NCBI GenBank assembly: GCA_035221665.1
Contig: CM069142.1
Location: 30,070,001 to 30,134,000, forward strand
From: Okamejei kenojei
Lineage: Eukaryota
Reading direction: 5' to 3'
Length of the DNA: 64,000 nucleotides
Shown: positions 1 to 11,515 of the stretch, piece after piece
How the letters are laid out: every line of letters starts with the position of its first letter
Numbering within the stretch: the first letter of the stretch is position 1
Program-made: the position numbers and the translations under genes
The notes under the pieces: model-generated
The model's input: only the letters and a program-made list of their open reading frames with translations
Databases searched by the model: none
Told to the model about the DNA's origin: nothing

Positions 1-205
1 TATATGGAACGAGCAGCCAGTGGAAGTTGATGAGGCAGGTACTACAGTATTACAGCATTTAAAAGACATTTGGACAGGTTAATGGATAGGAAAGGTTTAA
101 AGGTGTCGGCTAAATGCGGGAAGGTGGGTCTAGCGTAGATGGGGCATCGTGGTCAGTAATGGCAAGTTGGGCCGAAGGGCCTGTTGCCCTGTTGTATGAC
201 TCTAT
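1..205 (+). mobile_element. CR1 (HER1-like) LINE 3' fragment
   Basis: tggaacgagc..gaggcaggtact..catttaaaagacatttggacagg..gggccgaagggcctgt..tgtatgactcta tail. Confidence 0.75.
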
Positions 206-823
206 ACCATTGAGTTGACTTGTTTGGGTAATGGCTTTACATTGCTGAAGATGCACCAACACATCCCAGAGTCCTATGTGGCAGCAGCTGAGGCTGGAGA
301 ATAAACGCACGGAATAAAAGGTGACGGGATTCTGTTGCTAGGCAACCTCCATTACAGGGTTGTGCAGTCTACTAAATCTAATAAGGTTTACAGCTCGGAA
401 CGAGCCACCCTATATTGCTTCCTAGCAGAGCATCTTTGGATTTATGTTCTGGGCAGTAATGAACAATGGCTTCAATGGAAGGGATAGTGTTTTAATCATT
501 GGGTCACTATTGTTGCCAATATCACACTGGTTATCTTCCTTGTCCATGTAATAATAATCCATGAAATAAAAGAGAACGTCAAGTAGGTCTTTCACGTTTG
601 TTTTTGTTTTGGGTGCTCGTGGCAGTAAATGTAAATGGGCCAATTTTCCCAAAGAACCATTGTCCCGAGGCACGGCATTCGATTGCACTGTGAGCCTGAA
701 AAAGAGCGCAATTTTGCCTTTGACCATGGTTACCATGGCAAGCGCAGACATTAGGAGCAATTGAAGCCTGACTATTGCTTCACTGCTTTTTTAGGAAAGC
801 AAGTCTATACGGCCTCAAACTTT

Positions 824-1062
824 GGGCAGCACGGTGGCATAGCAGTAGAGTTGCTGCCTGACAGCGCCAGAGTCCCGGTTTCGATCCTGACTATGGGTGT
901 TGTCTGTGCAGTTGGTTAATCGGTTTGGTATAATTGTAAATTGTCCCTAGTGTGTATAGGATAATGTTAGTGTGTGGGGATCGCTGGTTGGCACCGACAC
1001 GGTGGGCTGAAAGGCCTGTTTCCATGCTGTATCTCAAAATTAAAACTCTAAACTAAACTAAA
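824..1062 (+). mobile_element. HE1-like V-SINE (internally deleted)
   Basis: tRNA-derived head (ggcagcacggtggc..ggtttcgatcc), CR1-like tail ggcctgtttccatgctgtatctc and (taaac)n. Confidence 0.8.
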
Positions 1063-1307
1063 TCACTGACCTGCCAAGGTCACCTGTGTTCGAAGGACAG
1101 ATTTCAGACTATACTAACTTTCCAGAAGAGCTTCTTGTTAATATGAAATACAAATATCTTTTTCCATCTGTGACCTGGATTCAAATTCAAATTAAGCCAA
1201 AACGCTTGGATAAGGTTCTCCCGTTTGACATGTGATGGGGCGCCAATTGAAATGAGGATAAAGGGATGTGAGTTCGGATGCGATAATGAGTGAAGCATAC
1301 AAAACAA

Positions 1308-1516
1308 ACGGTGCAGCTGGTGGAGCTGCTGTCTCATAGGGTTCGATCCTGACCTCGGATGCAGTCTGTGTGGAATTTGCAAGTTCTACCTGGGACGGCC
1401 TGAGTTACCTCGGGTGCTCCGGTTTTCTCCCACAACCCAAAGACGTGCAGGTTTGTACGTTAATCGGACTCAGCAAATTTCCCCTATTGTGTCCATGCTG
1501 TATCAATAAACTAAAA
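1308..1516 (+). mobile_element. HE1-like V-SINE
   Basis: B-box gggttcgatcc; V-domain gggtgctccggttttctcccacaacccaaagacgtgcagg. Confidence 0.75.
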
Positions 1517-1634
1517 TTGGAAGCATGCTATGTGCCAAATTATTATCCGTACAATTTGATGCTTTTTGACCTGGGTTAAATTTTAGCATTTTGTACTGTT
1601 TGGTAACATTTTGAGTCTGCTTGATTTATATTTG

Positions 1635-1836
1635 GACACAAAGTGCTGGAGTAACTCAGTGGGTCAGGCAGCATTTCTGGAGAACATGGATAGTTGACGT
1701 TTCGGGTCTAAAGAAGCATCTCTACCCAAAACACCACCTATCCATGCACTCCAGAGATGCTGCCTGACCCGCTGAGTTACTCCAGCACTTTGTGTCCTTT
1801 AGTGTATTAATGAACATCTGCAGTTCCTTGTTTCTA
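1635..1836. mobile_element. Penelope-like pseudo-LTR fold-back pair
   Basis: gacacaaagtgctggagtaactcag..gacgtttcggg followed by its reverse complement ..ctgagttactccagcactttgtgtc; ends 13 nt before OTC exon 5. Confidence 0.75.
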
Positions 1837-1849
1837 CCTTGTATTCCAG

Positions 1850-2003
1850 GGTGTTGAGTGGGATGACCGACGTGATCCTGGCCAGGGTGTACAAGCACTC
1901 TGATCTTGAGCAACTGGCGGAGGATGGTACAATCCCAGTGATCAATGGTCTGTCAGAGCTGTACCATCCCATCCAGATCCTGGCTGATTACCTCACGCTT
2001 CAG
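1850..2003 (+). CDS. OTC: Ornithine transcarbamylase, coding exon 5
   Basis: ttccag|G acceptor and CAG|gtaatc donor; 154 nt; translates (R)[51 protein letters not shown], with the carbamoyl-phosphate-binding HPxQ motif. Confidence 0.97.
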
Positions 2004-2129
2004 GTAATCTGGGAAATTTCTGATGGGTCACATTTAATAATTTTCCTGGGGGTAAAAAGGTATAATGTAACTGTATTCACTGTTTAAAGAAATGAACAAA
2101 CACTCTCTAATACCTGAAGTGGCTTAGGA

Positions 2130-2640
2130 ACAGGTCCATCCCAGACCACATGAAATTGCAGAGAATTGTGGACGTGGCTCAGACCATCACACAAACCAAC
2201 CTCCCTTCCATTGACTCCATTTACACCGCAGGCTGCCTCAGCAGGGCATCCAGCATAATCAAGGATGAGTCACACTTTGGCCACTTCCTCCTCCTCTCTC
2301 CCATCAGGCAAGAGGTGTAGAAGTGTGAAAACACACCTCCAGATTCAGGGAGTTTCTACACAGCTGTTAGCAGGCAACAACCGTCCTACCGACAACTAGA
2401 GAATGGCCCTGAGCTACTAACAACAACATTGGAGACCGTCATACTGTCTTTGATCGGACTTTATTGGACTTTATCTTGCACTAAAACGTTATCACGTTAT
2501 CACGTTATGCCCTTTATCATGTAATTGTACACTGTGGGTGTCTTGTAAACATGAATTGTATTTCCGCAACTGGTTAACATAAAACAAAAGCTTTTCGCTG
2601 TACACATGACAATAAACTAAACTCAAACTGAACTCAAACT
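2130..2640 (+). mobile_element. Rex1/Babar-like LINE 3' fragment
   Basis: Degenerate ORF end (cagcataatcaagga..ctctcccatcaggcaagagg..ccagattcagg) and tail ..tgacaataaac(taaac)n. Confidence 0.7.
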
Positions 2641-3279
2641 CAAGAGTTAATGTCTGAATAAGGGTCCCAACCAAAAATGTTGCCTATCCATGTTCTCCTC
2701 AAATGCTGCCTGCTCCGGTGAGTTACTCCAGCACTTTGTGCCTTGCTCAAAATTCCAACATCTGCAGTTCCTTGTGTCCCCAATTAGACGGCATATTGTT
2801 GTCAGCTGGGAGCAGCCAGCACAGAAACCTGACCCATTGAGTTACTCTTTGTATCCTTTTTGTAAACCAGCATCTGCCGTTCCTTGTGTCTCCCTAATGC
2901 CTAATTTGGAAATTGTTCTTCATTTTTATTGATGAGCCTCTGTGGCAACAATCAACATCAATCATGCTGAATATATATGTTCATTTTGCTTTAGGAATGT
3001 CACATGAGGCTTTCAATTTGACCACCGACCAATCCTGTTTTTTATGGGACTAGGTGATCAGTGATGTGACTGTGATGGGAAAGGCAAAAACTTGATGGAG
3101 AAACAAAATGAAGATTTTATTGAAGGAATATTTAAGCTGAAGCCAGAAGTAGTCTATATTTTATTGTGACTGATTTTGATTTAAAAAAATCTCAAGCTGT
3201 AAACTGTTTAACTTGTCTGGTGAGATATCACTGTCTAAGCATACAGCGGGTCAGCTGGAAAGTTGGCCCTGTTATCACT

Positions 3280-3490
3280 GCCTCAGAGGGCGGTGGAGGT
3301 AGGTTCTCTGGATGCTTTCAAGAGCGAGCTAGAGAGGGCTCTCAAAAATAGCAGAGTCAGGGGGTATGGGGAGAAGGCAGGAACGGGGTACTGATTGGGG
3401 ATGATCAGCCATGATCACATTGAATGGCGGTGCTGGCTCGAAGGGCTGAATGGCCTACTCATGCACCTTTTGTCTAGTGTCTATTGTTAT
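3280..3490 (+). mobile_element. CR1 LINE 3' fragment
   Basis: atggggagaaggcaggaacggggtactg..gatcagccatgatcacattgaatggcggtgctggctcgaagggctgaatggcctactc; the same tail recurs at 27540 (+), 30930 (-) and 62090 (-). Confidence 0.8.
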
Positions 3491-4123
3491 GTGCAGGCAG
3501 AGGGCATATGTTTAACCTGGGTTATGTTCGGCTGGGACATTGTGGGCTGAAGTGCCTGTTCCTGCACTGTACACTTCTATGTTTGAGGTTTCGGTGGAGG
3601 AACTCTGGGTCAGGCAGTATCTCTGGACAAAAAGGATGGGTGATGTTTTGGGTCGGAATCCTTCTTCAGACTCGTAACCCTAACCCTACTTCAGCTGCTG
3701 AGTCTGGAGATTTTTACCTTCTTGGAGCCTGTCATTTTAAAAGTTATTATCACTGTACATTGACGACAGAGACCGGCAGAAGGCTTTCAGAATAAGGCTC
3801 GTTAGTAAAGACCACTGCTGACATATACGTAAGGGGTTAACAACACAGCTATCTATTATGTTATGATGTTAATAGCATGCGTGTTGACAGAGGAATGTTG
3901 CTTTTGCCCCTGCACTCTCCTCAAGCGAAAGAGTGAAAAGCACTTTGTACTTCTTAGAACGTTTGGAAGATCAGTATGCCCAAGTTGCAAAAGCTTCCCA
4001 CATATCTAGTCTCCGATGGTGGCATGGGATGCTTCCTTAAATCTTAGTGGAGGAACAAAAATCTTTTGAATGTACAGATTTATCTATGCAGTTCAACATT
4101 AATCCTGTCTGTGTCCTTTTTAG

Positions 4124-4246
4124 GAACATTTTGGCTACCTGAATGGTCTGACCTTGTCTTGGATAGGAGATGGGAACAATGTGCTTCACTCCTTCATGAT
4201 GAGCGCTCCGAAACTTGGAATGCATCTCAATGTTGCTACTCCCAAG
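4124..4246 (+). CDS. OTC: Ornithine transcarbamylase, coding exon 6
   Basis: tttttag|GAA ... AAG|gtatgc; 123 nt; [41 protein letters not shown] (GDGNN motif). Confidence 0.97.
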
Positions 4247-4830
4247 GTATGCCCTCTGGTATAAAAGGTGTTTCTTCTCAATAAAGAGTGACCATATTTT
4301 AATTCATTATAAAGACTGTTTGTATAATTGTAAACTCCAACTTGGCACAAAGCCAACATTAAGGGTGCCAAAGATTATAGAGAGAAGGCAGGAGGATGGA
4401 GTTGAGAGGGAAAATAGATCAGCCATTATTGAATGGCGGAGTAGACCTGATGGGTTGAATGGCCTAATTTTGCTCTGATGACATGAACTTATCTGCAATG
4501 AATCTTGACAACTAATATAATTTGACTTGGTTCCAATGGACTGGTGCTTGGGACTGGACTACTTGCTACTCCAGATGGCATGCCCGCATGATGCGAAAGG
4601 CCAGGCCTCCTTAGTCTACGTCCAGCAGGTCTTTGGACTGAAATCCAGTGCCCTGGGCAACCCAGCTGCTGTAGTCTTCCAGCCAGAAGTATACCTTGAT
4701 GCACCGAGAGGGTCAATTTTCAACAGTAGTGGATTTATCGGATTTCTGTTGACAATCATTCCTATCGTTGAGTAAAACTGGCATTCAGGAAATGCTGTAA
4801 GCTTTGTTTATAGCACAGAATTATCATTTA

Positions 4831-5119
4831 ATTTAGTTTAGTTTAGAGCTACAGCGTAGAAACAGGCCCGTCGGCCCACCAAGTCCACACTGACCAGTGA
4901 TCACCCGAACACTAGTTCTATCCTACAAACTGGGGACAGTTTATAGAAGCCAATTAACCTAAACCTGCATGTCTTTGGAATGTGGGAGGAAACCGGAGCA
5001 TCCGAAAACCCACCCGACCACAGGGAGAACGTACAAACTCCACACAGACAGCATCCATAGTCAGGATCAAACCTGGCACTGTAAGGAAGTGACTCTACCG
5101 CTGCGTCACTGTGCCGCCC
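4831..5119 (-). mobile_element. HE1-like V-SINE, full length
   Basis: (gttta)n tail, gaaacaggcc, tgtgggaggaaaccggagca, ends gtgccgccc. Confidence 0.85.
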
Positions 5120-5337
5120 TTTTTCTCCTTCAGAGTAGCGTTTTGTGCCAAAGGTTCCCATTTTATAGCCCACATGGAAGACTGTGCATCAGTACCACAA
5201 AGTCAGAGATTAATCAGTTCTACTTCACCAGCATCACTAACACTGGCGACCAACTATCTATTTTACTACTGGGTTGTAATGTTCTGTTCAGTCCTTGCAA
5301 TAGGAATCAACATTGTTCAGTGGTCAAATAGAGAAGA

Positions 5338-5662
5338 GACAGTCTCGCAGCTGGTAGAGCTGCTGCCTCACAGCGCCAGTGAACGGGGTTCAATACTGAC
5401 CTCGGGTGCCGTCTGTGCGCAGTTTGCATATTCTCCCTGCGCATGGGTTTCTTCTGCGTGCATCGGTTTACCTCACACAACCCAAAGACGCGCGGGTAGT
5501 TAGTTGGTAGTTAATTGTAGGATAATTGGCCTCTGTAACTTTGACCTAGTGTGTAGGGAGGGAATGAGAAAGTGGGATAACGTGGAACTAGTGTGAATGG
5601 GTGGTGTGGACTCGGTGGGCTGAAGGCCCTGTTTCCTTGCTGCAACTTTCAATCAATCAATC
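5338..5662 (+). mobile_element. HE1-like V-SINE
   Basis: gcagctggtagagctgctgcctcacagcgccag..ggttcaat; tail (tcaa)n. Confidence 0.8.
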
Positions 5663-5749
5663 TGGATAGGATTACATGGTGTGAACTCAAAATGTTCTCA
5701 AACCCCATTGATTACTGCCTGTTATCAACATATCCTGATAGATATATCA

Positions 5750-6041
5750 TTTAGTTCAGAATAATGCATGGAAACAGGTCCTTCGGCCCACCAGGCCTAT
5801 GCCGACCATCGATCCCCTGCACACACTTTCACTCCTACACACTAGGGACAATTTACAGAAGCCAATTCACCTGCAAACCCATACCTCTTTGCAATGTGGG
5901 AGGAAACCAGAGCACCTGCACGAAACCCACGCGGACACAGGGAGAACATGTAAACTCTACACGGACAGTGCCTGCAGTCGTGATGGAACCCGGGTCTCTG
6001 GCACTGTGAGGCAGCAACTTTACCACTGCGCCACTGTACCG
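5750..6041 (-). mobile_element. HE1-like V-SINE
   Basis: Reverse-complement V-domain and tRNA head (gaacccgggtctctggcactgtgaggcagcaac). Confidence 0.8.
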
Positions 6042-6204
6042 CTGTTGACTGAGTGACTACAGACATCTGTTTAACTGTTTATGAAAACTCGTACCATCAC
6101 CACAGGAGAACGGTACATGAACCTCTGCAGCAAGGAACTGCCAGATGCTGGTTTACACTGAAGATAGACACAAAAAGCTGGAGTAACCTGTTGTCTCTTT
6201 ACAG

Positions 6205-6258
6205 GGCTTCGAACCCGATGCTGATGTCACCAAGTTTGCCAAGTCATTGGCTGGGGAG
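6205..6258 (+). CDS. OTC: Ornithine transcarbamylase, coding exon 7
   Basis: tttacag|GGC ... GAG|gtaatt; 54 nt; GFEPDADVTKFAKSLAGE. Confidence 0.95.
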
Positions 6259-6386
6259 GTAATTTATTTTTGTTATCTTTTGATATATTTTATGGAGGAG
6301 ATCAGGTGTTATTAATCTCACCGTTTTGCGGATGAAGTCGCATGTTTCTAAAGAGCTTTTCCTTTTACGTTTATCGTTGACGTTAG

Positions 6387-6536
6387 TGTGGAACCAAGTT
6401 GTTCTTCACCAACGATCCTATGGAAGCGGCAAGTGGAGCCAATGTCCTGGTCACAGACACGTGGGTCAGCATGGGGCAGGAAGAGGAGAAAGCAGAGAGG
6501 CTGAAGGCATTCCATGGTTATCAAATCACAATGAAG
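6387..6536 (+). CDS. OTC: Ornithine transcarbamylase, coding exon 8
   Basis: cgttag|TGT ... AAG|gtaagg; 150 nt; [50 protein letters not shown] (DxxxSMG loop); preceded by a short 128-nt intron. Confidence 0.97.
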
Positions 6537-6704
6537 GTAAGGCACGTGCAATCCGAAACAAAGTGCTGCAGCCATTTTCTCTTCAGCTTCTTCTACTTCT
6601 CTAACAACTTCCTATCATTTACCTCAGCGCAACACATCTCATCTCATCACCTCTGTGATAACTGGATTTTCAGTGTGAATTTTACATCGGGTAAAATTTA
6701 TTAT

Positions 6705-7290
6705 CGTATGCACAAGTGCGGCGAGGTGCAGGTAAAATGCAAATCTTGCTTGCAGCAGCATCACAGGTGCATAGACTCAAACATACACAAAAAAAGTAGC
6801 TTATACATGAATCGTACATTGGTTATACATAAATTCTACATGTCAATAAAATGAAAACATGATGCAAAGAACAAGACATTAATGCAAAGCACAATTAGAA
6901 AATATTTCCGTTGCTGTTCAGGAGATGGTCCATAATGTTCCGTTGCCGAGGTAGGATTAGGGTTGTGCAGTTTGTTTCAAGAACCTGATGGTTTAGAAAA
7001 ATAGTTGTTATTGAACCTGGTGGTGTGGGACTTCAGACTTATGTACCTCCAACACAGATGGTGAAGACCCAAAGGATGGATGCTGCCTCCTTGAGGCAGT
7101 GCCTCACGTAGATGTCTTTGATGGTGGGGAGGACTGTGGCTGTGATGGACTGGCCTCTTGTGCACCTGTGCATTGGAATTGCCATACCAGGCCATGATGC
7201 AACCAGTCATGGAGCTCCAGGACTTGGAGACTGGTGATGAGTTTGGAGCGGATGCTTGCTTTAAACGCTGAGCTGTAGTCAATGGCCAGC
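6705..7290 (-). mobile_element. Rex1/Babar-like LINE fragments
   Basis: Minus-strand peptide MLAIDYSSAFKASIRSKLITSLQVL resembles the Rex1 RT motif (MLFIDYSSAFNTI); ORF-end fragment nearby. Confidence 0.65.
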
Positions 7291-7292
7291 AA

Positions 7293-7593
7293 TGGCGGTA
7301 CATTGGTAGTGTAGTTGCCTAACAGTGCCGGAGACCCGGGTTCGATCCTGAACTCGGGTGCTTGTATTTACAAAGTTTGTCTGTTCTCATTGTGATCGTG
7401 TGGGTCTTATCTGGGTGCTCCGGTTTCCTCCACCTTCCAAAGACGTGCAGGTTTGTAGGTTAATTGACTTCTGTAAGTTGTCCCTAGTTCTGTAAGATGG
7501 AACTAGTGCACGAGGTTCGCTCGTTGGCGTGGGCTCTGTGGGTGGAAGGGCTGTTTCCTCGCTTTATCTCTAAACTAAAACAAAACTAACTAA
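7293..7593 (+). mobile_element. HE1-like V-SINE
   Basis: gagacccgggttcgatcc, gggtgctccggtttcctcc, (taaac)n tail. Confidence 0.8.
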
Positions 7594-8554
7594 GCAGCCT
7601 GATGTGTGTTCCTGTTATCCAGATGGACCAGAGCAGAGAACCAGTGAGATGGCATCTGCTGTGGACCTGATGTGCTGAGAGGCATATTGAAGCAGATCCA
7701 GATCACTGCACGTATTCATCTAGGTTTGTGAAAGGGAGACTCATAGTTTTGGGCATGGATGGACTAGTTATATTATTAAACTGACACTAGAGGTCTGCTT
7801 ACAAAAGATGAAAGTAAAATCATTTCACATGCTGATTTATAGATTTTTATCATTTGTGAACCACTATGCACCCCAATTTAATAATGTTACATAAATAGCA
7901 TTCAAACCTGCAGAACATGGTCCTGGCGGCACTCTTAAGTTCCTATTCAGGTTTTATGCCAATGCAAGGATGTGAATGGAAATGGCCGGATTAGAACTGA
8001 GAAGTTTCTACGTGACTTAATCGCCACAAAGCAATAATAGCCACTAATCTCAGTCATTTGGGCTTGTAGGTTAATGTCCTCTGTAAAATTGCCTTGGTGA
8101 GTAGTGAGAGGTTGAGAAAGTAGGGATAACATAGAACTAGTGTAAACAAGTGATCAATGGTCGTCGTGGATTCAGTTGGCCGAAGGTGTTTCGATGCTGT
8201 ATCTTTGAACTAAACTAAACCATTGCACCTTGATAAAACTATGAAACAAATGTTTTGCAGGAATTTAACAAGGTTTTTTTTAACAATAGCTCTCAAAACC
8301 AAGGTCTCGGTTAACAGGGAGGTCTAGGGAAACAGACACATGGGAACACCTGCACAAATAAGGTACTAATTTGACCGAGAAAGATTGCAGTTTAACATCC
8401 TTGAACTCCCTGCCTAAAATAGCTGTAGGAGAAAGTTCTGTGGTGTTCCTATGTGAATGTTTCTCTTGTCCTTCTTGGTAACTGAGACCTTGGGTTTGAA
8501 ATCTCCTGTTTAAAAAAAATAGCGCTTGAAAGCATTAAAAAATGTTACATAGTT

Positions 8555-8867
8555 AGGGTGGCACAGTGACGTAGCTGATGGAGCTGTTGCCACACAGCAC
8601 CAGAGACCCAGGTTCGATCCTGATGTCGGGTGCTGACTGTGCGGAGTTTGTACCTTCTCCCTGTGAGCGCGTGGGTTTCCTCTGAGTGCTCTAGTTTCCT
8701 TGCACATCCCAAAGGCATGTGGATGTTTAGGTAATCGGCCCTTGTAAAATTGCACTTAACCTGTTGGTAATGGATGGGAAAGTAGGATAACATGGAACAA
8801 GTGCGAATGTGCGACAGACGGTCGGCGTGGCCTCAGCGGGCCAAAGGCCCGTGTCTCTAAACTAAAC
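8555..8867 (+). mobile_element. HE1-like V-SINE
   Basis: gggtggcacagtg head, ggttcgatcc, V-domain and tail; a partial copy also lies at ~8060-8220. Confidence 0.8.
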
Positions 8868-9717
8868 CACAGTCAAGATGCAATAGTGATGGAGGGAGCA
8901 AAGATTTATAAAACAGACTGGGATAGTTGAAGATTCCCACTTTCTCAAGGACAGATTGGGATGATTGATAAATATTAGCCTTGAACACTAATGAAGAAAC
9001 ATTGAATACAACACTTGTCAATTATTCATTGTAATAATATTCCTGCCACATGCTTGTTTATACAGATGTTTTAAATCAGTTGTTTTATCCCTTCTATTAT
9101 CTGTTCTGGATTTTATGCCCATTCCCAGACATTTTCACTAACTTTTGACCAACTTTTAAAAGTAGTCCAGATTGAGGAATTAAGTCATTTCTGAATTTTT
9201 TTCATCTCCTGGCATAGTTGCAACTTCAGGAACATAATCTCTATTTCTGTACACTACCTATGCGCTCCCAATGAGCACCATTATGTGGTACAATAACAGC
9301 ATTTAAAATACATTTGAGCAGATACATGGGTAGGTAAGGTTTAGAGGGAAATGGCCAAACGCGGGTTGGTGGGACTAGCATAGATGGGGCATGACGGTCA
9401 GCGTAGGGACATTGGGCAGAAGGCCCTGTTTCCGTGCCGTATGACTCTATGTGCGAGTGAAAATACTGCATTAAATCTTTGTACCACTAGATAGCAGCAA
9501 GAGCCATCAGTCAGATCAGCTTGCACGCATCTCACTTCAGTAAAATAGGAGTATGATTTCAACACAAGTTACTTGCAACGCAACTTGAGATGTAAAATCC
9601 AATATCTACAAAGAATTTACTTTCTACTGGCGTTGCATTCTTTTTTGGCTAATATTCTGAACACCACAGGAAGGCTTTCCACAACAGAATATAATCACCA
9701 GTGAAGTATTGTAGTAG

Positions 9718-10195
9718 TCACAAAATGTTGGAGTATCTCAGCGGGTCAGGCAACATACCTGGAGAAAAGGAATAGGTAACATTTCAGGTCGGACCCGTTG
9801 AGTTACTCCAGCATTTTGTGTTTATCTTCGGTAGAAACCTGCATCTGAAGTTCCTTCCTATACACAAGTATGAAATTACTGTGTATCGATATTACAGGAA
9901 GTCCTTGCTTTGTAAACCTATATTGATAAACTTAAGTATTTGATTGTTAAAAGAAGAAACAGGTGGTTTCCAAAGAGATCTGAGGTACCTGTCTGAACAT
10001 TTCTTATGATACAAAACACAAAGTGCTAGAGGAATTCAGCAGGTCAGGCAGCATCTTCGAAAAGGTGGACAGGCAACGTTTTGGGTGGGAATGAATAATG
10101 GTCTGAAGAATTGTCCCAAAATGTCTGACCTGCTGAGTTCCTCCAGCACTCTGTGCTTTGCACAAAATCCTGACACCTGCAATTCCTCTGTCTCC
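9718..10195. mobile_element. Two Penelope-like pseudo-LTR fold-back pairs (9718-9862, 10010-10195)
   Basis: Inverted arms cacaaaatgttggag../..ctccagcattttgtg. Confidence 0.65.
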
Positions 10196-10519
10196 ATTAG
10201 ATGACACAAAAACGTTTCAGAGCAATGTATATCGATGAGGCAGATATATCATAAAATAGACCCTTGACATGTTGTAGAAACATTTCCAATGTTCAGATTG
10301 GTCTGTGGACAGACAGAAATCAAGATCTTTATACCTAACAGTGCTACTTTGCAGTTCAGAGAAATGTTTAAATCCTGACCATTGGCAAGGAGCGAGACGC
10401 AGCAAAAGGACATTAAAGTCAAAGCCAGTATTCAAAGTCATAAAGATACAGTGGGCAATCTATCAATTGATGCCTTGAAGCTTGCTTTTGGCCCATTTCA
10501 CAAACAGACCAAATTCAGT

Positions 10520-10803
10520 GTCCTAAATATATTTTCAGCGTCCCTCACCTTCTGTTTTTTCATCTCTGGCTCTTGTCCAACCATCTGCCTATGAAAACCC
10601 CACCTCGGCTGTGCTCCCCTATTACCTGCCGTGCTTTGTCCTGCCCCTTCTCTTTTATAGTTTTCTTCCCACCACAACCTATAATCAGTCTGAAGAAGGT
10701 TCCCGACCTGAAATATCACCTATGCATGTTCTCCAGTGATGCTGCCTGACCCACTGAGCTACTCCAGCACTATTTTTTGTAAACCAGCATCTGCAGTTCC
10801 TTG
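10520..10803 (+). mobile_element. Penelope-like 3'UTR plus pseudo-LTR
   Basis: Pyrimidine-rich UTR, then cagtctgaagaaggttcccgacctgaaatatcacc..gatgctgcctgaccc; reverse-complement match to 58320-58560. Confidence 0.7.
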
Positions 10804-10897
10804 CTATACTTCAACAGTTTCAGTGCAGTTGTCTGGCTGATGTTAAGTATTTTTCTCGGACAAGACTTTAAGAAAATTATGCTTTTTGGGAGATAGT

Positions 10898-11003
10898 ACA
10901 CAAAAAGCTGGAGAAACTCAGAGGGGTGCAGCAGCATCTAAGGAGCGAAGGAGATAGGCGACGTTTCGGGTCGAGACCCTTCTTCAGACTGGTCAGGGAT
11001 CAG
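10898..11003 (-). mobile_element. Penelope-like pseudo-LTR with intact minimal hammerhead core, flanked by a 40-bp direct repeat
   Basis: Minus strand reads CTGAAGAAGGGTCTCGACCCGAAACGTC (10960-10987); 10858-10897 is identical to 11004-11043. Confidence 0.8.
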
Positions 11004-11515
11004 GGACAAGACTTTAAGAAAATTATGCTTTTTGGGAGATAGTTTTCAATAATCGATAATATAACGAGATTAATATAACCGTGGGAGAAAATGGATTGGT
11101 GATGTTTCAGGTTAGGACCCTTATTCAGACTGATTGTAGTAGGGGAGGGGGAGAAGTCTGAGGATGCTGCCTGACCCGCTGAGTTACTCCAGCCTTTCAT
11201 ATCTATCCTTGGTATAAATCTGCAGTTCCTTTTCGTTACATTTCATATAATCTTGATAATTTTGCTTGCAGTATACTTTTGGGGTATATATTGTTACACC
11301 AGATTTGCATTGGAGCGCTAAACTATGTGGATTAAAAAAATATTAGTGCTTTCATGCCCAATTCAGTGATCTTATTATTCCATCAGTAGAAACAAGGAAC
11401 TACAGATGTTGGTTTACACCAAAGATAGACATAAAGTGCTGGATTAACTCTGCGGGTCGGGCAGTATCCCTGGAAAATAAAAGGTGATGTTTCGGGTCAG
11501 GATCCTTTTTTTTGT

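Noticed and set aside
824-890. tRNA-like A/B boxes here and at many other sites
   Set aside because: They are heads of HE1-like SINEs; no cloverleaf or terminator of a real tRNA gene
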